Assembly: GCA_964431555.1 (NCBI GenBank)
Contig: CAYSJW010000031.1
Coordinates: 336 to 64,335, forward strand
Length of the DNA: 64,000 nucleotides
From: an uncultured Gammaproteobacteria bacterium
GTDB lineage: Bacteria; Patescibacteriota; Microgenomatia; UBA8517
Direction: 5' to 3'
The translations under genes were made by a program, and so were the position numbers. The notes under the pieces were generated by a model. It made no database searches and was not told the DNA's origin. It saw nothing but the letters and a program-made list of their open reading frames with translations. Positions 45,325 to 55,439 of this stretch are shown one piece after another. Positions within the stretch are counted from its first letter, which is position 1. The number at the start of each line of letters is the position of its first letter.

Positions 45325-45978
45325 TTAATACGCGGTTATGGCAACTGCAAAGGTGTTTTGGGCATAAATACAACCCCAGACATACTCACCACCATTTAAT
45401 ATTTTTTTATGTCCTAAAGTGTTATCCCACAAAGAAACTGTTTCTTGAGGGGTTTCCCCTCCCATCGCTAAAAATTCGGCAATTACTGAATATTTTTCAA
45501 AAATCCAATTTAAATCCGGTCTTCTCTCCTTCAAATTACTAAACCCCTCATGACCATCGAGCTTGCCAATTTCCAGTAATTCATTTAAACGAATTGAAGC
45601 AATTGTGCAAAGATCATCTTTCTGATTTAAGGGATTAACGCCATACTCCTGCCTTTTTTTATTCACTTCTAACCAAAGCTCAGGCCCACCCCATGAAACT
45701 TTAGGTTTAACAGTTATTATTGTTGGCATCGGTTTCGTGGATGGAGTCGCTGTATTTTTGGGAATTAAAGTAGAGAAGGGTGTGGGTGTGATTTCAACCT
45801 TTTCACTGGATAAACTCCTCAAAGATTTTTCAATATCCTCGAAAGCTTTATAGTAGCCACTCCAAAAACCGGCAAAATAACCAAAGATGACCAAAAAAGA
45901 AAGCAAAACAAAAGCAAAGCTTAATAGAAAGACTTTAAGTATGTCCAGCCAAAAAATTTTTTTTATCTTAATAATCAT
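45325..45978 (-). CDS. CAP/SCP (YkwD-like) domain protein with an N-terminal TM anchor.
   Basis: HEGF...WDNTLGHKKILNGGEYVWGCIY matches the CAP motifs (HEGF; WxNSxGHRxNIL). Confidence 0.5.
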   Translation of the reverse strand: MIIKIKKIFWLDILKVFLLSFAFVLLSFLVIFGYFAGFWSGYYKAFEDIEKSLRSLSSEKVEITPTPFSTLIPKNTATPSTKPMPTIITVKPKVSWGGPELWLEVNKKRQEYGVNPLNQKDDLCTIASIRLNELLEIGKLDGHEGFSNLKERRPDLNWIFEKYSVIAEFLAMGGETPQETVSLWDNTLGHKKILNGGEYVWGCIYAQNTFAVAITAY

Positions 45979-46418
45979 AATTCACAAATAATCGTAACCG
46001 GACCGTCCAAAACTGCGCTAATTTCCATATATGAACCAAATTCTCCAGTTTCCACCTTCAAACCAAATGATCTTAAACTCCTGACAAACTCCTCAATTAC
46101 CTTCCGAGCATCTTCAGGCATTGCTGCGTCAATGAAAGAGGGCCTCCTGCCACCGGAAGTATCCGCATACAATGTGAATTGAGAAACAACCAAAACCTCC
46201 GAATTCGTTTCAGATACTGACAGGTTCATTTTTCCCTTATTGTCAGCCATTATTCTTAGCTTGGATAATTTTTCTGCCAAAACTCTAGCCTTCGAAAAAT
46301 CATCTCCTCTTCCAACACCCACCAAAACTAAAATACCTTTATTTATTTCACCAACTTTGATTTTTTTCTGGACAACTTCTACCTTCGCCTTTTTTACTCT
46401 TTGAATTACTAGTTTCAT
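45975..46418 (-). CDS. dtd: D-aminoacyl-tRNA deacylase.
   Basis: MKLVIQRV..., SQFTLYAD and GPVT motifs. 147 aa. Confidence 0.85.
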   Translation of the reverse strand: MKLVIQRVKKAKVEVVQKKIKVGEINKGILVLVGVGRGDDFSKARVLAEKLSKLRIMADNKGKMNLSVSETNSEVLVVSQFTLYADTSGGRRPSFIDAAMPEDARKVIEEFVRSLRSFGLKVETGEFGSYMEISAVLDGPVTIICEL

Positions 46419-46469
46419 TTATAATCTTTAAAGGTAAATTTTAGAATTATTTATATAAAAAGCTTTTTA

Positions 46470-46691
46470 TTACTTATTTCTTCTTGATTCACCTTTCTCA
46501 AGCAATTCCCAGAAATATTTAACAATAAAAAATACCCATAACAAGGCAATCAATAAAAAAATCAGATTAAATAATAAACCCTGGGGACTAATAAAAGCAT
46601 ATAAAAAACCAACAACAAAGATAAAAAGAAAACCTACAAAAAATATAAAATATTCTGCAAAGAGTTTAATCAATTTTGATATAACACCCAT
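46470..46691 (-). CDS. Small membrane protein with two TM helices, hypothetical.
   Basis: 73 aa and hydrophobic. Confidence 0.3.
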   Translation of the reverse strand: MGVISKLIKLFAEYFIFFVGFLFIFVVGFLYAFISPQGLLFNLIFLLIALLWVFFIVKYFWELLEKGESRRNK

Positions 46692-46706
46692 AACAACTTT
46701 CTAATT

Positions 46707-47867
46707 TTAAACCTTAATTCTTTCATTTAACAATAAACGAAAAGTTAAAAGATAAAAAATTAAAGCACCCCAAAGCGCATGATGTTTCAACAATAAGGGC
46801 AGATTAACTGAATTTTTAAAATTTAAAGTCATTAAAAAATAGGACAAAAATAAAAATAAATAGTAGCGAAAATCATTAACTTCTTCTCTTAAATATTCCA
46901 CCACCGAAAAAAGAGGAATCAGCATCCAAACAAAATGATGTTTCCATGAATTGTTAACAACTAAAATACTAAAATTAGAAAGAAATCCAAAAAAAAGCAA
47001 TTTAAACATGTAATTCATTCTATTAAATTTACAAAAATATATAATTGGCAAAAGTAAAACTATATAAAATATATATTTAATGAAAATAAAAAATTGACCA
47101 TTCCCTAATAATTCATTAATAAAACCGGGAAGAGATTGGTTATAATAAGCCAAAGCAACACTAGAAAAAAGATTTGGCAAGGTATTGGAAAAATAGTAAA
47201 GATAAATTTCCTCACCTAAAAAAGGAAAGGATAAAATCAGCAAAGAAAAACTAAAAACAAAAAATGATAATAAAGTTTTCCGATTCCTTTCCAAAAAGGG
47301 AATCAAAAGTAAAAGCAAAGGCCATACCTTTAGAATTGAAGCCAGACTTATAAATAATCCCGAATATACATATTCATCTTTAACATAAAAATAAATAAAT
47401 AAAATAACTGCCAATAAAACAAAATTATTTATTTGTCCCATTCCGAGTGTGAATTTTGTTGGAAAAAAATTAAAAGCAATTATTAAAAGAAACATTCCTA
47501 AATTTGAAAAAGGCCCTATTTTAACAATTTTAAAAAGTAAATACAAAGAAAAAATAAGACAAAATATTGAAATACCAGTAAAAACCTTGCCTGCAACCGA
47601 CAAAGGCAAGAAAGATAAAAAAATAAAAAGAAAAAGTGAAGGGGGTGGATAAAGAAACAAGCCAAAATCCTTACCCCGGTCAAGGTATGGATTCCCCTTC
47701 TCCATGAATGTATAAGCCGCGTAATAATAACTAGTAAAATCGGGAAAATTATTATAAAACAAGGGTTTGAGAATCAGCGAAAAAGAAAAAAATAATACAA
47801 TAAGCAGTATTAATTTAACCAAAAAATCGTATTTTCCGTTCTTATCCAACAACCTCTTTGACCTCAT
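46707..47867 (-). CDS. Polytopic membrane protein, DUF2029/GT87-like putative glycosyltransferase (GT-C fold).
   Basis: About 11 TM helices. The motif FNFFPTKFTLGMGQINNFVLL resembles the DUF2029 core. Confidence 0.4.
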   Translation of the reverse strand: MRSKRLLDKNGKYDFLVKLILLIVLFFSFSLILKPLFYNNFPDFTSYYYAAYTFMEKGNPYLDRGKDFGLFLYPPPSLFLFIFLSFLPLSVAGKVFTGISIFCLIFSLYLLFKIVKIGPFSNLGMFLLIIAFNFFPTKFTLGMGQINNFVLLAVILFIYFYVKDEYVYSGLFISLASILKVWPLLLLLIPFLERNRKTLLSFFVFSFSLLILSFPFLGEEIYLYYFSNTLPNLFSSVALAYYNQSLPGFINELLGNGQFFIFIKYIFYIVLLLPIIYFCKFNRMNYMFKLLFFGFLSNFSILVVNNSWKHHFVWMLIPLFSVVEYLREEVNDFRYYLFLFLSYFLMTLNFKNSVNLPLLLKHHALWGALIFYLLTFRLLLNERIKV

Positions 47868-47933
47868 TATTTATATTAGCATTTTAAACAATCCAGATTG
47901 ACAACAAGTATTTAGACTAACTAAACTTAAATT

Positions 47934-49910
47934 GTGAAAAGATTTCCCTTTTTCAATACAGTTACTGTGCTTTTTCCTCTCTTAATCTTTTTATCAATTT
48001 TCTCAATAACCCTAAGCCAGATTTTTCTTTTAGAACCAAAAATGGTCAAGAAAACTACTTTACCTAATCAACTAGCAGGTCGGGTAATTTCTTCAACTTG
48101 CCATGAACCAATGAGTGGGTGTGGCAGTAATTACTATTGGGATTCACAGACCTGCTCTTGTAAATGTGTTACGAGTAATACCTGTCCAACTAATTATTAT
48201 TGGAATACAACCTCATGTTCGTGTGTTCCTCAAACAACCACCAATAAAACAACTTGTGACCCGCAATACTGCGGGATCAATCGTTACTGGGATGAATCTT
48301 CATGCTCGTGTAAATGCGCATCCTTCACTGCCTGCCCGACGGATCAGTACTGGGATGTTGCATCCTGCAGTTGCTTGCCTTCTACATCAGCAAACTTTAC
48401 CCCCACTCCTACAACCAAAACTTCCCCAACTACCACAAGCAGTATCACTGATTGTACCCAGCAATATTGTGGTTTAAACCGCTACTGGGATCACGCATCT
48501 TGTTCATGCAAATGTGCATCATATACTGCCTGTCTAACAAATTACTTCTGGGATACCTCATCCTGTAGTTGTCTTCCTTTAACCGAAACGAATACCAAAA
48601 CTACTTCAGAACCATCAAGTTGCACAACACCAACTTCGGATTGTCCTGCAAATTATTATTGGGACAGCAAAACTTGCTCCTGCAAATATTTGATAACAAA
48701 TCTTGACAGACTTGCCCATGAAACTCCCGAAGTAACCACATGTGTCAAATCAAAGTTGGCAGATTACGAGTATCAAAGATTTAGATATTTTATACCCACC
48801 ACCCAGCAAGATTTTGATGAAATAGAAAATCTCCACGATAGAGTTTTAGATTGTTGGAGATTAGAAATATCAGCTTCTGAAACAGCTCAAATTAAAACTA
48901 CATTAATTGAAAAAGAAAAATGTCTCATCAATTCCATCGGAGAAAATGCATACCGTCAAATTTATGAAGGAAAAAGGTCCCCCACCCAAAATGAGCATTT
49001 GTGGTTTGAAAAATGCTTCGGAAATATTCCAGCAAGTACGGTTGTTTTCCTTGATAAGGATGAGAATCTCTCAAAGGAAACTATTTCCTGCCTCAAAAAA
49101 ACACTTGGGCCAGATTTATATCAAAAGGTGTATTCTCAAAAGGCTCAAGTACCAGCCAACCTACAAAAGGGGGTTGAAATTTGTTTCGGGGCAAAATCAC
49201 AACCGTTTGAAATTGGTTCCGTATACAAAATTCCTGAATCCGTAAGAAACTGCTTAACACAAAACTTAGGGGAAGTAAAAATTGACATGTTAATTGAGGG
49301 TGTAGCCCAGTTAACTGAAGACAAAAAGGAAAAAGCCGTATCATGTTTTGAAATGATTAACCAATCCCAGAAAAAATTTCTTCCGCCCCCACCCGAACAA
49401 ATTCCCTTTATCAAAGAAAGTGATTCTATAAAAGTTACAAACGTAAAACAGGAGAAAAAAACCATAAAGAAAAAGACCTATGGAGGCAAAATAACGCTGG
49501 AGGGCAGAGCTACACCAAATAGCATCGTCAATCTCTATTTCTTTTCAGAGCCAATCGTCGTCACCACAAAAACCGATGAAAACGGCGACTGGATTTTTGA
49601 AATGCAAAAGCCGATGGATGAGGGAAAACATATTGTTTATGCTATGACAAAAACCGAAGAGGGTAATTTGATTAGATCATCAATTTTAAGTTTTGAAGTC
49701 ATCGCGGCAGAAAAGGTATCAACTCCCCAAATTTTTCTTGAAGAAGACAAAGTTACAAGTGTAACAAAAGATTTCATATACTATTCTTTAGCCGCAATAC
49801 TGATAATATCTTTAATTATTTCTGGAAGTATTTTTTACATTCAAACAAGCAAAAAAATAAATAAAATGGGAGAAAATGAATTAAACAGGAATAGTAAAAC
49901 TAAACCTTGA
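47934..49910 (+). CDS. Secreted, C-terminally membrane-anchored protein. It has about seven tandem Cys-rich repeats (C...YYWD...CSC), a C-terminal Ig-like domain and a GTG start.
   Basis: A signal peptide is present. The repeats alternate CxxQYCGxNRYWDxxSCSCKCASxTA with CxTNYYWxTxSCSC[LV]P between aa 60 and 265. A Big-like domain follows (GRATPNSIVNLYFFSEPIVVTTKTDENGDW) and then a C-terminal TM helix. Confidence 0.6.
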   Translation: MKRFPFFNTVTVLFPLLIFLSIFSITLSQIFLLEPKMVKKTTLPNQLAGRVISSTCHEPMSGCGSNYYWDSQTCSCKCVTSNTCPTNYYWNTTSCSCVPQTTTNKTTCDPQYCGINRYWDESSCSCKCASFTACPTDQYWDVASCSCLPSTSANFTPTPTTKTSPTTTSSITDCTQQYCGLNRYWDHASCSCKCASYTACLTNYFWDTSSCSCLPLTETNTKTTSEPSSCTTPTSDCPANYYWDSKTCSCKYLITNLDRLAHETPEVTTCVKSKLADYEYQRFRYFIPTTQQDFDEIENLHDRVLDCWRLEISASETAQIKTTLIEKEKCLINSIGENAYRQIYEGKRSPTQNEHLWFEKCFGNIPASTVVFLDKDENLSKETISCLKKTLGPDLYQKVYSQKAQVPANLQKGVEICFGAKSQPFEIGSVYKIPESVRNCLTQNLGEVKIDMLIEGVAQLTEDKKEKAVSCFEMINQSQKKFLPPPPEQIPFIKESDSIKVTNVKQEKKTIKKKTYGGKITLEGRATPNSIVNLYFFSEPIVVTTKTDENGDWIFEMQKPMDEGKHIVYAMTKTEEGNLIRSSILSFEVIAAEKVSTPQIFLEEDKVTSVTKDFIYYSLAAILIISLIISGSIFYIQTSKKINKMGENELNRNSKTKP

Positions 49911-51218
49911 CCCGGATCCATAAATCGACTCAACAGATATTCTTCCTCCCAAAGCTTCAACTATTTTTTTGGTAATCCATAAACCCAAACCAGTTCCTCT
50001 TACATTTTCGGTTTTCTTATCCTGAACCCGGTGGAATTTCGAAAAGAGTTTTACTATCTCATCTGGGGGTATTCCAATACCTGTATCCTTAACAGCTATT
50101 TCAATAAACTTATCCCTTTTTCTTGCACTAATTTCTATATTTCCCTCAAGAGTATATTTTATCGAATTACCTAAAAGATTAGTTATAATTTGACGCAATC
50201 TATTTCTATCAGTTTTTACAACAGGAAGATTTTCTTCTTGATAATTAATAATCAAACCTTTTGCATCAGCTGATGATTTCATGGTAGCAATAACATCCTG
50301 AATAACTTTATTAACATCAACTTCGGTTAGTTCATAGGTTAACCTACCCTGTTCAATTCTTGAAACATCCAAAAGATCTTCTATTAAATTTCTTAAATCA
50401 TCGGTTAAACTTTGCAAAAGAGAAATATCAGAAACAATTTTTTGAGCCTCTTGGGGAGAAATTTTTTTCTGCAAAAGATCTAAGTACCCTACCAATGCTG
50501 TAATTGGAGTTCTTAATTCATGGGCTGCCATTGACAAAAATTCATCCTTAAGCTTATCCACTTCTTCAAGTTGTCTTACTTTCTGAGCCTTTTGGTAAAA
50601 AATAAAGTGATTTATCAATAATGCCAAGGCAAATAAAATTAACAAAAAAAGTACAAGATAGGAATCTTTTGATGTTCTTTGTAGTATTTGATCTACCTTA
50701 TCAACCTTTAATTTTAAAAACATTATATAGTTTTTGCCGCTAACTTCACCTAAAGGAACTGAAACATTCCACAAATTCATACCAGCTTTGGGATCATAGC
50801 TTAAACCAGCAAAGGGCTCATTAAAACTCAAGGAGAGCTGGTTTAAACCTAAGTTACTAAAATCTTCAGTTTCATAATTTAAAGACGATGAAATAACAAG
50901 ATTAATTTTTTTGTTTTCCTGATAAAGTATGGAAATATCAAAAATATCACTATTCGAATTTACCGTTTTTTCAAGAGTATTTCTTAAAACATCCAAATTA
51001 CCGATGTTATCCAATACGTTAGGTTTTAATGTTTCAGCAATGCCCAAGGCATGATGGCGAATTAAAAAATTTATATCTCTACCAAATGAGCGCAAATTCC
51101 AGACTGTATTAAAAACCAAAAGAGAAGGTATAAAAAAAATTATGACAATTGGGTAAAAAACAAAAGAAAACTTCTTATAAGATTTCAACTTTTCAGAAAA
51201 ATTTGAAAAGATAAGCAT
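49881..51218 (-). CDS. Sensor histidine kinase.
   Basis: Two TM helices with a periplasmic sensor domain. H-box HELRTPITAL and HATPase GTGLGLWITKKIV. Confidence 0.85.
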   Translation of the reverse strand: MLIFSNFSEKLKSYKKFSFVFYPIVIIFFIPSLLVFNTVWNLRSFGRDINFLIRHHALGIAETLKPNVLDNIGNLDVLRNTLEKTVNSNSDIFDISILYQENKKINLVISSSLNYETEDFSNLGLNQLSLSFNEPFAGLSYDPKAGMNLWNVSVPLGEVSGKNYIMFLKLKVDKVDQILQRTSKDSYLVLFLLILFALALLINHFIFYQKAQKVRQLEEVDKLKDEFLSMAAHELRTPITALVGYLDLLQKKISPQEAQKIVSDISLLQSLTDDLRNLIEDLLDVSRIEQGRLTYELTEVDVNKVIQDVIATMKSSADAKGLIINYQEENLPVVKTDRNRLRQIITNLLGNSIKYTLEGNIEISARKRDKFIEIAVKDTGIGIPPDEIVKLFSKFHRVQDKKTENVRGTGLGLWITKKIVEALGGRISVESIYGSGSRFSFTIPV

Positions 51219-51264
51219 TTTCTATCAACGCTTTAGATAAACCCAAAATATTAATAAAACTAAT

Positions 51265-51684
51265 TTAAGAAATATATTTTTTTACAGTCTCGCTTAATTT
51301 ATCTAAAGAAATCTCGTTTTTAATAAGATACTCCAACACACCTAAATTTAAAACTTTACTTTTTTCCTCATCATCAGCAAGATTGGACCAGGCTATAATC
51401 TTCAAATTTCGGCCTTTTATATTTTTTCTAATTTTTTCTATCAATTCAGTACCTGAAAGCCGGGGAAGCATAATATCGGTTATTAAAAGATCTATTTTGT
51501 TATTTTGAAAAATTTCATAACCTTCTTCTCCATTACTGGATGATAAAACATTGTATCCATCCATCCTTAATCTTTGTTCATACATATTCCTCAACACCAC
51601 ATCATCTTCAACCAACAATATATTTTTGGGAGAAACTACATTTACTTTCTTTTCTTCTTCATTACTTTTATCCATAAAATCCAA
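51265..51684 (-). CDS. Stand-alone response-regulator receiver (CheY-like).
   Basis: LLVEDDVV ... DLLITDIMLP ... KIIAWSN. There is no output domain. Confidence 0.8.
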   Translation of the reverse strand: MDFMDKSNEEEKKVNVVSPKNILLVEDDVVLRNMYEQRLRMDGYNVLSSSNGEEGYEIFQNNKIDLLITDIMLPRLSGTELIEKIRKNIKGRNLKIIAWSNLADDEEKSKVLNLGVLEYLIKNEISLDKLSETVKKYIS

Positions 51685-51801
51685 TATTCATTTTACAAAA
51701 AGAAAAGACAACTAACAAGAAAAAAAGAGTTTAACAATTACCAAAAATCAATATAAAAGAAAATTTTATTTAATTTAAAACCAAAAAAACTTCTGCAAAC
51801 A

Positions 51802-52836
51802 TTATTTGACCATTTTCCTTACATCTTCAATTCTTATCCAACCGTTAGTTTCATCATCAAGAATCACTCTATACCATCCAGATGCTTTATCTATTACCTT
51901 TAGACCAGAATTTTTCCTAATTTCCCCAATAACCTCCGCCTGATCATTCGGCTTTGAATATAAATTAAGACCTTCCCCATTGTAGATAAAAATCAAATCA
52001 TACAAATTGCTCTGACTATGAAACCTCTGAAAATCGTCATAACCTTTAAACTTCTCAATCCAATTTGAGACAGGGACTAAAGATGAATAATTTTCAAAAA
52101 ATGTATATGAAAAACAAAAACCAATTCCCCAAGCACTTATTCCAATCATTAATAAAACTAAAATTCTCATTTCAAAACCTAACTTTATTTTTAACACCAA
52201 AGGTCTTTTAACCCTAATGAAAATTGCTGTCAAGAAAACCAATAAAAACAAAACTGTAAAAGGTAAAAGTGAGAATTTGAAATTATAAGAGGAAGTCCCC
52301 AAAACCTTGGATCTGCTTGGTAAATTTTCAATCAAGGTTTTTGAAGAAGCCAAAAGTTTATCTTCAGAATATACTTCAAAAGTCCCAACATAATATCCAT
52401 TTTTCAAGATGACCGGAAACTCAAGATCAATTTTTAAAGTTTCGCCACTTTTTACTCTTTCTTTCTTTTCTTTACTTGATATAACTTTATCAGAACCATC
52501 CAACTTAGATGCTATAAGTAAAACTCTGCTAATGTCTAAATCTTCACCACTTTTATTAAATAAAGTTATTGTCGCAAAAATATTCTCGTCAGAAACCAAT
52601 TCACCTAGACTGATATTTTTTATTTCAAGATAATCGCTTTCAAAATAATTCTCTTTTTCATTACCTTCACTAACCTGAATAGTATCTATGAAAAAATTGT
52701 CTAACCTTCCTTGAGCAAAACATACAAAATTCCTCCCTTTTCTCCATATAAAAGTTATTAATAAGATCCAAAAGGAAAAAATTAAAAAACTTATAAACAA
52801 AGGTAAAAAGATCTTTAAAAAAGTATTTTTCCGCAT
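51802..52836 (-). CDS. Membrane protein with a C-terminal bacterial SH3 (SH3b) domain.
   Basis: TM helices at the N-terminus and in the middle. The C-terminus reads YSKPNDQAEVIGEIRKNSGLKVIDKASGWYRVILDDETNGWIRIEDV. Confidence 0.45.
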   Translation of the reverse strand: MRKNTFLKIFLPLFISFLIFSFWILLITFIWRKGRNFVCFAQGRLDNFFIDTIQVSEGNEKENYFESDYLEIKNISLGELVSDENIFATITLFNKSGEDLDISRVLLIASKLDGSDKVISSKEKKERVKSGETLKIDLEFPVILKNGYYVGTFEVYSEDKLLASSKTLIENLPSRSKVLGTSSYNFKFSLLPFTVLFLLVFLTAIFIRVKRPLVLKIKLGFEMRILVLLMIGISAWGIGFCFSYTFFENYSSLVPVSNWIEKFKGYDDFQRFHSQSNLYDLIFIYNGEGLNLYSKPNDQAEVIGEIRKNSGLKVIDKASGWYRVILDDETNGWIRIEDVRKMVK

Positions 52837-52870
52837 AATCTTAATTTAATTAGATAAAAAAATACCCTAA

Positions 52871-54499
52871 TTACCACCCTGAAACATCACCTTTTACAGC
52901 TATCAAATAATTCGACCCAGAATAAATCCCAGCTACTGTATTTTCCGGAACTTTAATTCCCCAGTAAATGCTTTTTTCCCGAAACGTTTTAGTAGGTTTT
53001 TTCAAGTCAAGATCAAAATACTTCATCCCCTTCCCCAAAGGGAAGGCATCCCAGAAACAAATTTTAGATAGCGCATAACGTTGATTTTCCACTGATATTT
53101 TATATTCACCGGCATTAACAAGGTCAGTCCCATATAAAATTGCATCCAAACCAACATTGCTAAAAGATCTAATCTTAGTTTCTTTTGATAAGGGGTCTAT
53201 AACCTGGCCTATATTCAATTCCCCATATTCTATTCCAGAATCCAAATCAAAAGAAATAAGACTATTCATCTCAACTCCGATTGACACCTCCCTTTCCGAA
53301 ACAAAACCATTATCATCCTCAACTCGCAATGTTGCTTTCCAATCATCGGTAGAAAAAAAGGTTCCTTTATCAGTTGGGTCGGCATAATACCAGACCTCAA
53401 TATCACACTGGTAATTTAAAGTGGCATCCTTAGGATGTTCACAAAGCTCACCCTCAACTAAACTACAAGAAATACTAGGATAACAATAATTATTGTTAGC
53501 TTGGTAAATTGATTTGCAGCCCTGATAACCGACAGATGATCGATAAAGACTGGCTGTAACTGACTTTATTTCATCTTGACTACAGGAGTTTCTATCGCTG
53601 ACAGTTGCAGTAACTTTCACCAAAGTTTTTGTATTTGGAAAAAGATTGATATCCCTCCCCTGATTTAAAACCAAACTCATAGTTTCCGGATAGATATTAT
53701 TCACCCCGAAAGAACTCTCAACCCCCTGCAAACTAGATTGAGATTCCATACCATGTTCATCCACCAAAAAAACGTAAGCTTTATGGAGATTATCTTTCTC
53801 AATATCAGGAATCCTGTAACTGCAAGTCGGATTATTTGAAGACAATTCACTTTCGCAATATACTCCATCACTACATCTACCATTAGAAAAAGAAGGAGAA
53901 CTACAAACAAAAATTTTTGTCCTGTCTCTTCCCCCTATCACATCGGGGTCAAATGACTTAACACTCCAAACAATTAAACCACTAGGATAATCACTACCAT
54001 TATTGGTCACCGAAATAAATTCGGGAGGGTGATTTACATAAAACGGAGATCCTTGAGATCCTGAGCCTTGATAGGAATCTGAACAATAACCTGTTCCAAA
54101 ACTACAAAGAAAAGCAAACCAATCGTTCTCTTCAGAATCATCAATCCTTGCCATATACTCACATTTGGCATTATTTCCATTTTCCGTTAATTCGCTCATA
54201 CACCACATACCTTGAGGGCACGAAGGTGGATGTCCAGCATTTGAAATAATCTCGTCGGTTTTACATACAATAAAATAGTAACTGGGCGACTCCGGATCGT
54301 AAGCCTGGGCGTTAAAAATTATCTTTTCACCCGCATTTGTGGGCAGACCAACAGAGCTTTCAGGATCCTCCAGCGGACCATAAGTAAAGTGCGGAATATC
54401 CGCAACATAAACAACAACATTTACAGTTTGGGCATTAACCCTTGCAATAACAAAAGAAAAAAGAAAAAAGCCAAAAAAAATAGGCAGGGTTTTAAACAT
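52871..54499 (-). CDS. Secreted Cys-containing protein, paralog A1 of 56878-58590.
   Basis: A signal peptide. It shares two repeated Cys domains with the paralog (YYFIVCKT... and IFVCSSPSFSNGRCSD...CSYRIPD...YVFLVDEHG). The shared C-terminal motif is IYWGIKVPENTVAGIYSGSNYLIAV. Confidence 0.5.
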   Translation of the reverse strand: MFKTLPIFFGFFLFSFVIARVNAQTVNVVVYVADIPHFTYGPLEDPESSVGLPTNAGEKIIFNAQAYDPESPSYYFIVCKTDEIISNAGHPPSCPQGMWCMSELTENGNNAKCEYMARIDDSEENDWFAFLCSFGTGYCSDSYQGSGSQGSPFYVNHPPEFISVTNNGSDYPSGLIVWSVKSFDPDVIGGRDRTKIFVCSSPSFSNGRCSDGVYCESELSSNNPTCSYRIPDIEKDNLHKAYVFLVDEHGMESQSSLQGVESSFGVNNIYPETMSLVLNQGRDINLFPNTKTLVKVTATVSDRNSCSQDEIKSVTASLYRSSVGYQGCKSIYQANNNYCYPSISCSLVEGELCEHPKDATLNYQCDIEVWYYADPTDKGTFFSTDDWKATLRVEDDNGFVSEREVSIGVEMNSLISFDLDSGIEYGELNIGQVIDPLSKETKIRSFSNVGLDAILYGTDLVNAGEYKISVENQRYALSKICFWDAFPLGKGMKYFDLDLKKPTKTFREKSIYWGIKVPENTVAGIYSGSNYLIAVKGDVSGW

Positions 54500-55391
54500 T
54501 ATTCATCTTTTTCTTTTTTAAGCTAATAAAAAATGCTTTCAAAACTAAAAGGCTAATAATAAGCACTAAAAAAGACAATCCATAAAGTATTATTAAGTAG
54601 TTTTTGCCTCCAGTATCATACGTCTTTTCTGAAATACTCTCTTCCTTTTCTTTAACATTAAAAACCAATTTTTCTTCCCTCAAGGGTTTATCCTGAAATA
54701 CTACCGTAACAAAAGCGTAATATTCTCCCTCAATCAAATTATTCTTAAATTCGGCAGTTATATCCTTGGTCAAAGAAGGCTCAATACTTTCAAAATCCAA
54801 ATCCTCACCTTCAAAAAGCAAATTATTTGCAATGTCATAAACTTTAATTTCAATCTTTTGAGGTTTAGACTTCTTATTCCCTTGGTTCTCTATTGTGAGA
54901 ATCAAACGTATCGGATCCCCCTTCATTACGTTTGGCATTTCCATTTTTCTTACCAAAAGCCTATTTACTTCAATTTTCGTTGTTATAAGATTAACGGCAA
55001 TCCCAACTCCCTTAACCAGGGATACACCTGGTGTACCTTCACCTTCCAATATCTTTACAACAATAAATCCTTCATAGTTTCTTAAGGGAGCATCTTCCGG
55101 TATTGACACTTTTACCTTCATCTTCTTAGTTTTTTCTCCCCGCAAAATTGGAAAAGAAACACCCGGTTCAACCTTTATCCATTGATTTGCACCCTCAACA
55201 TCCGCCTCAATAACTATCCTTGCCTCTTTTTCACTTTCCGTTCTTGAAATAAGAAATTCTTTTTCTACTGTCTCACCGGGAATGATGTTTTCAAAAGTAA
55301 AATCAGACGGTGAAATTCCAAAAGAAGCATAAACGCAAGGCGGAAACAAGATAAAAAAGAAAAGACACAAAATTAGAGCATTTTTTTTCAT
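54492..55391 (-). CDS. Surface protein B1: signal peptide, two beta-rich domains (the second CARDB-like) and a C-terminal TM anchor.
   Basis: FGISPSDFTFENIIPGE... then KGDPIRLILTIENQGNKKSKPQKIEIKVYD (CARDB-like), then TM LIILYGLSFLVLIISLLVL. Confidence 0.5.
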   Translation of the reverse strand: MKKNALILCLFFFILFPPCVYASFGISPSDFTFENIIPGETVEKEFLISRTESEKEARIVIEADVEGANQWIKVEPGVSFPILRGEKTKKMKVKVSIPEDAPLRNYEGFIVVKILEGEGTPGVSLVKGVGIAVNLITTKIEVNRLLVRKMEMPNVMKGDPIRLILTIENQGNKKSKPQKIEIKVYDIANNLLFEGEDLDFESIEPSLTKDITAEFKNNLIEGEYYAFVTVVFQDKPLREEKLVFNVKEKEESISEKTYDTGGKNYLIILYGLSFLVLIISLLVLKAFFISLKKKKMNNV

Positions 55392-55439
55392 AACTTCACT
55401 ATTATAGTACTGGAAACTTCAACTTAACCAGAAGAGATA

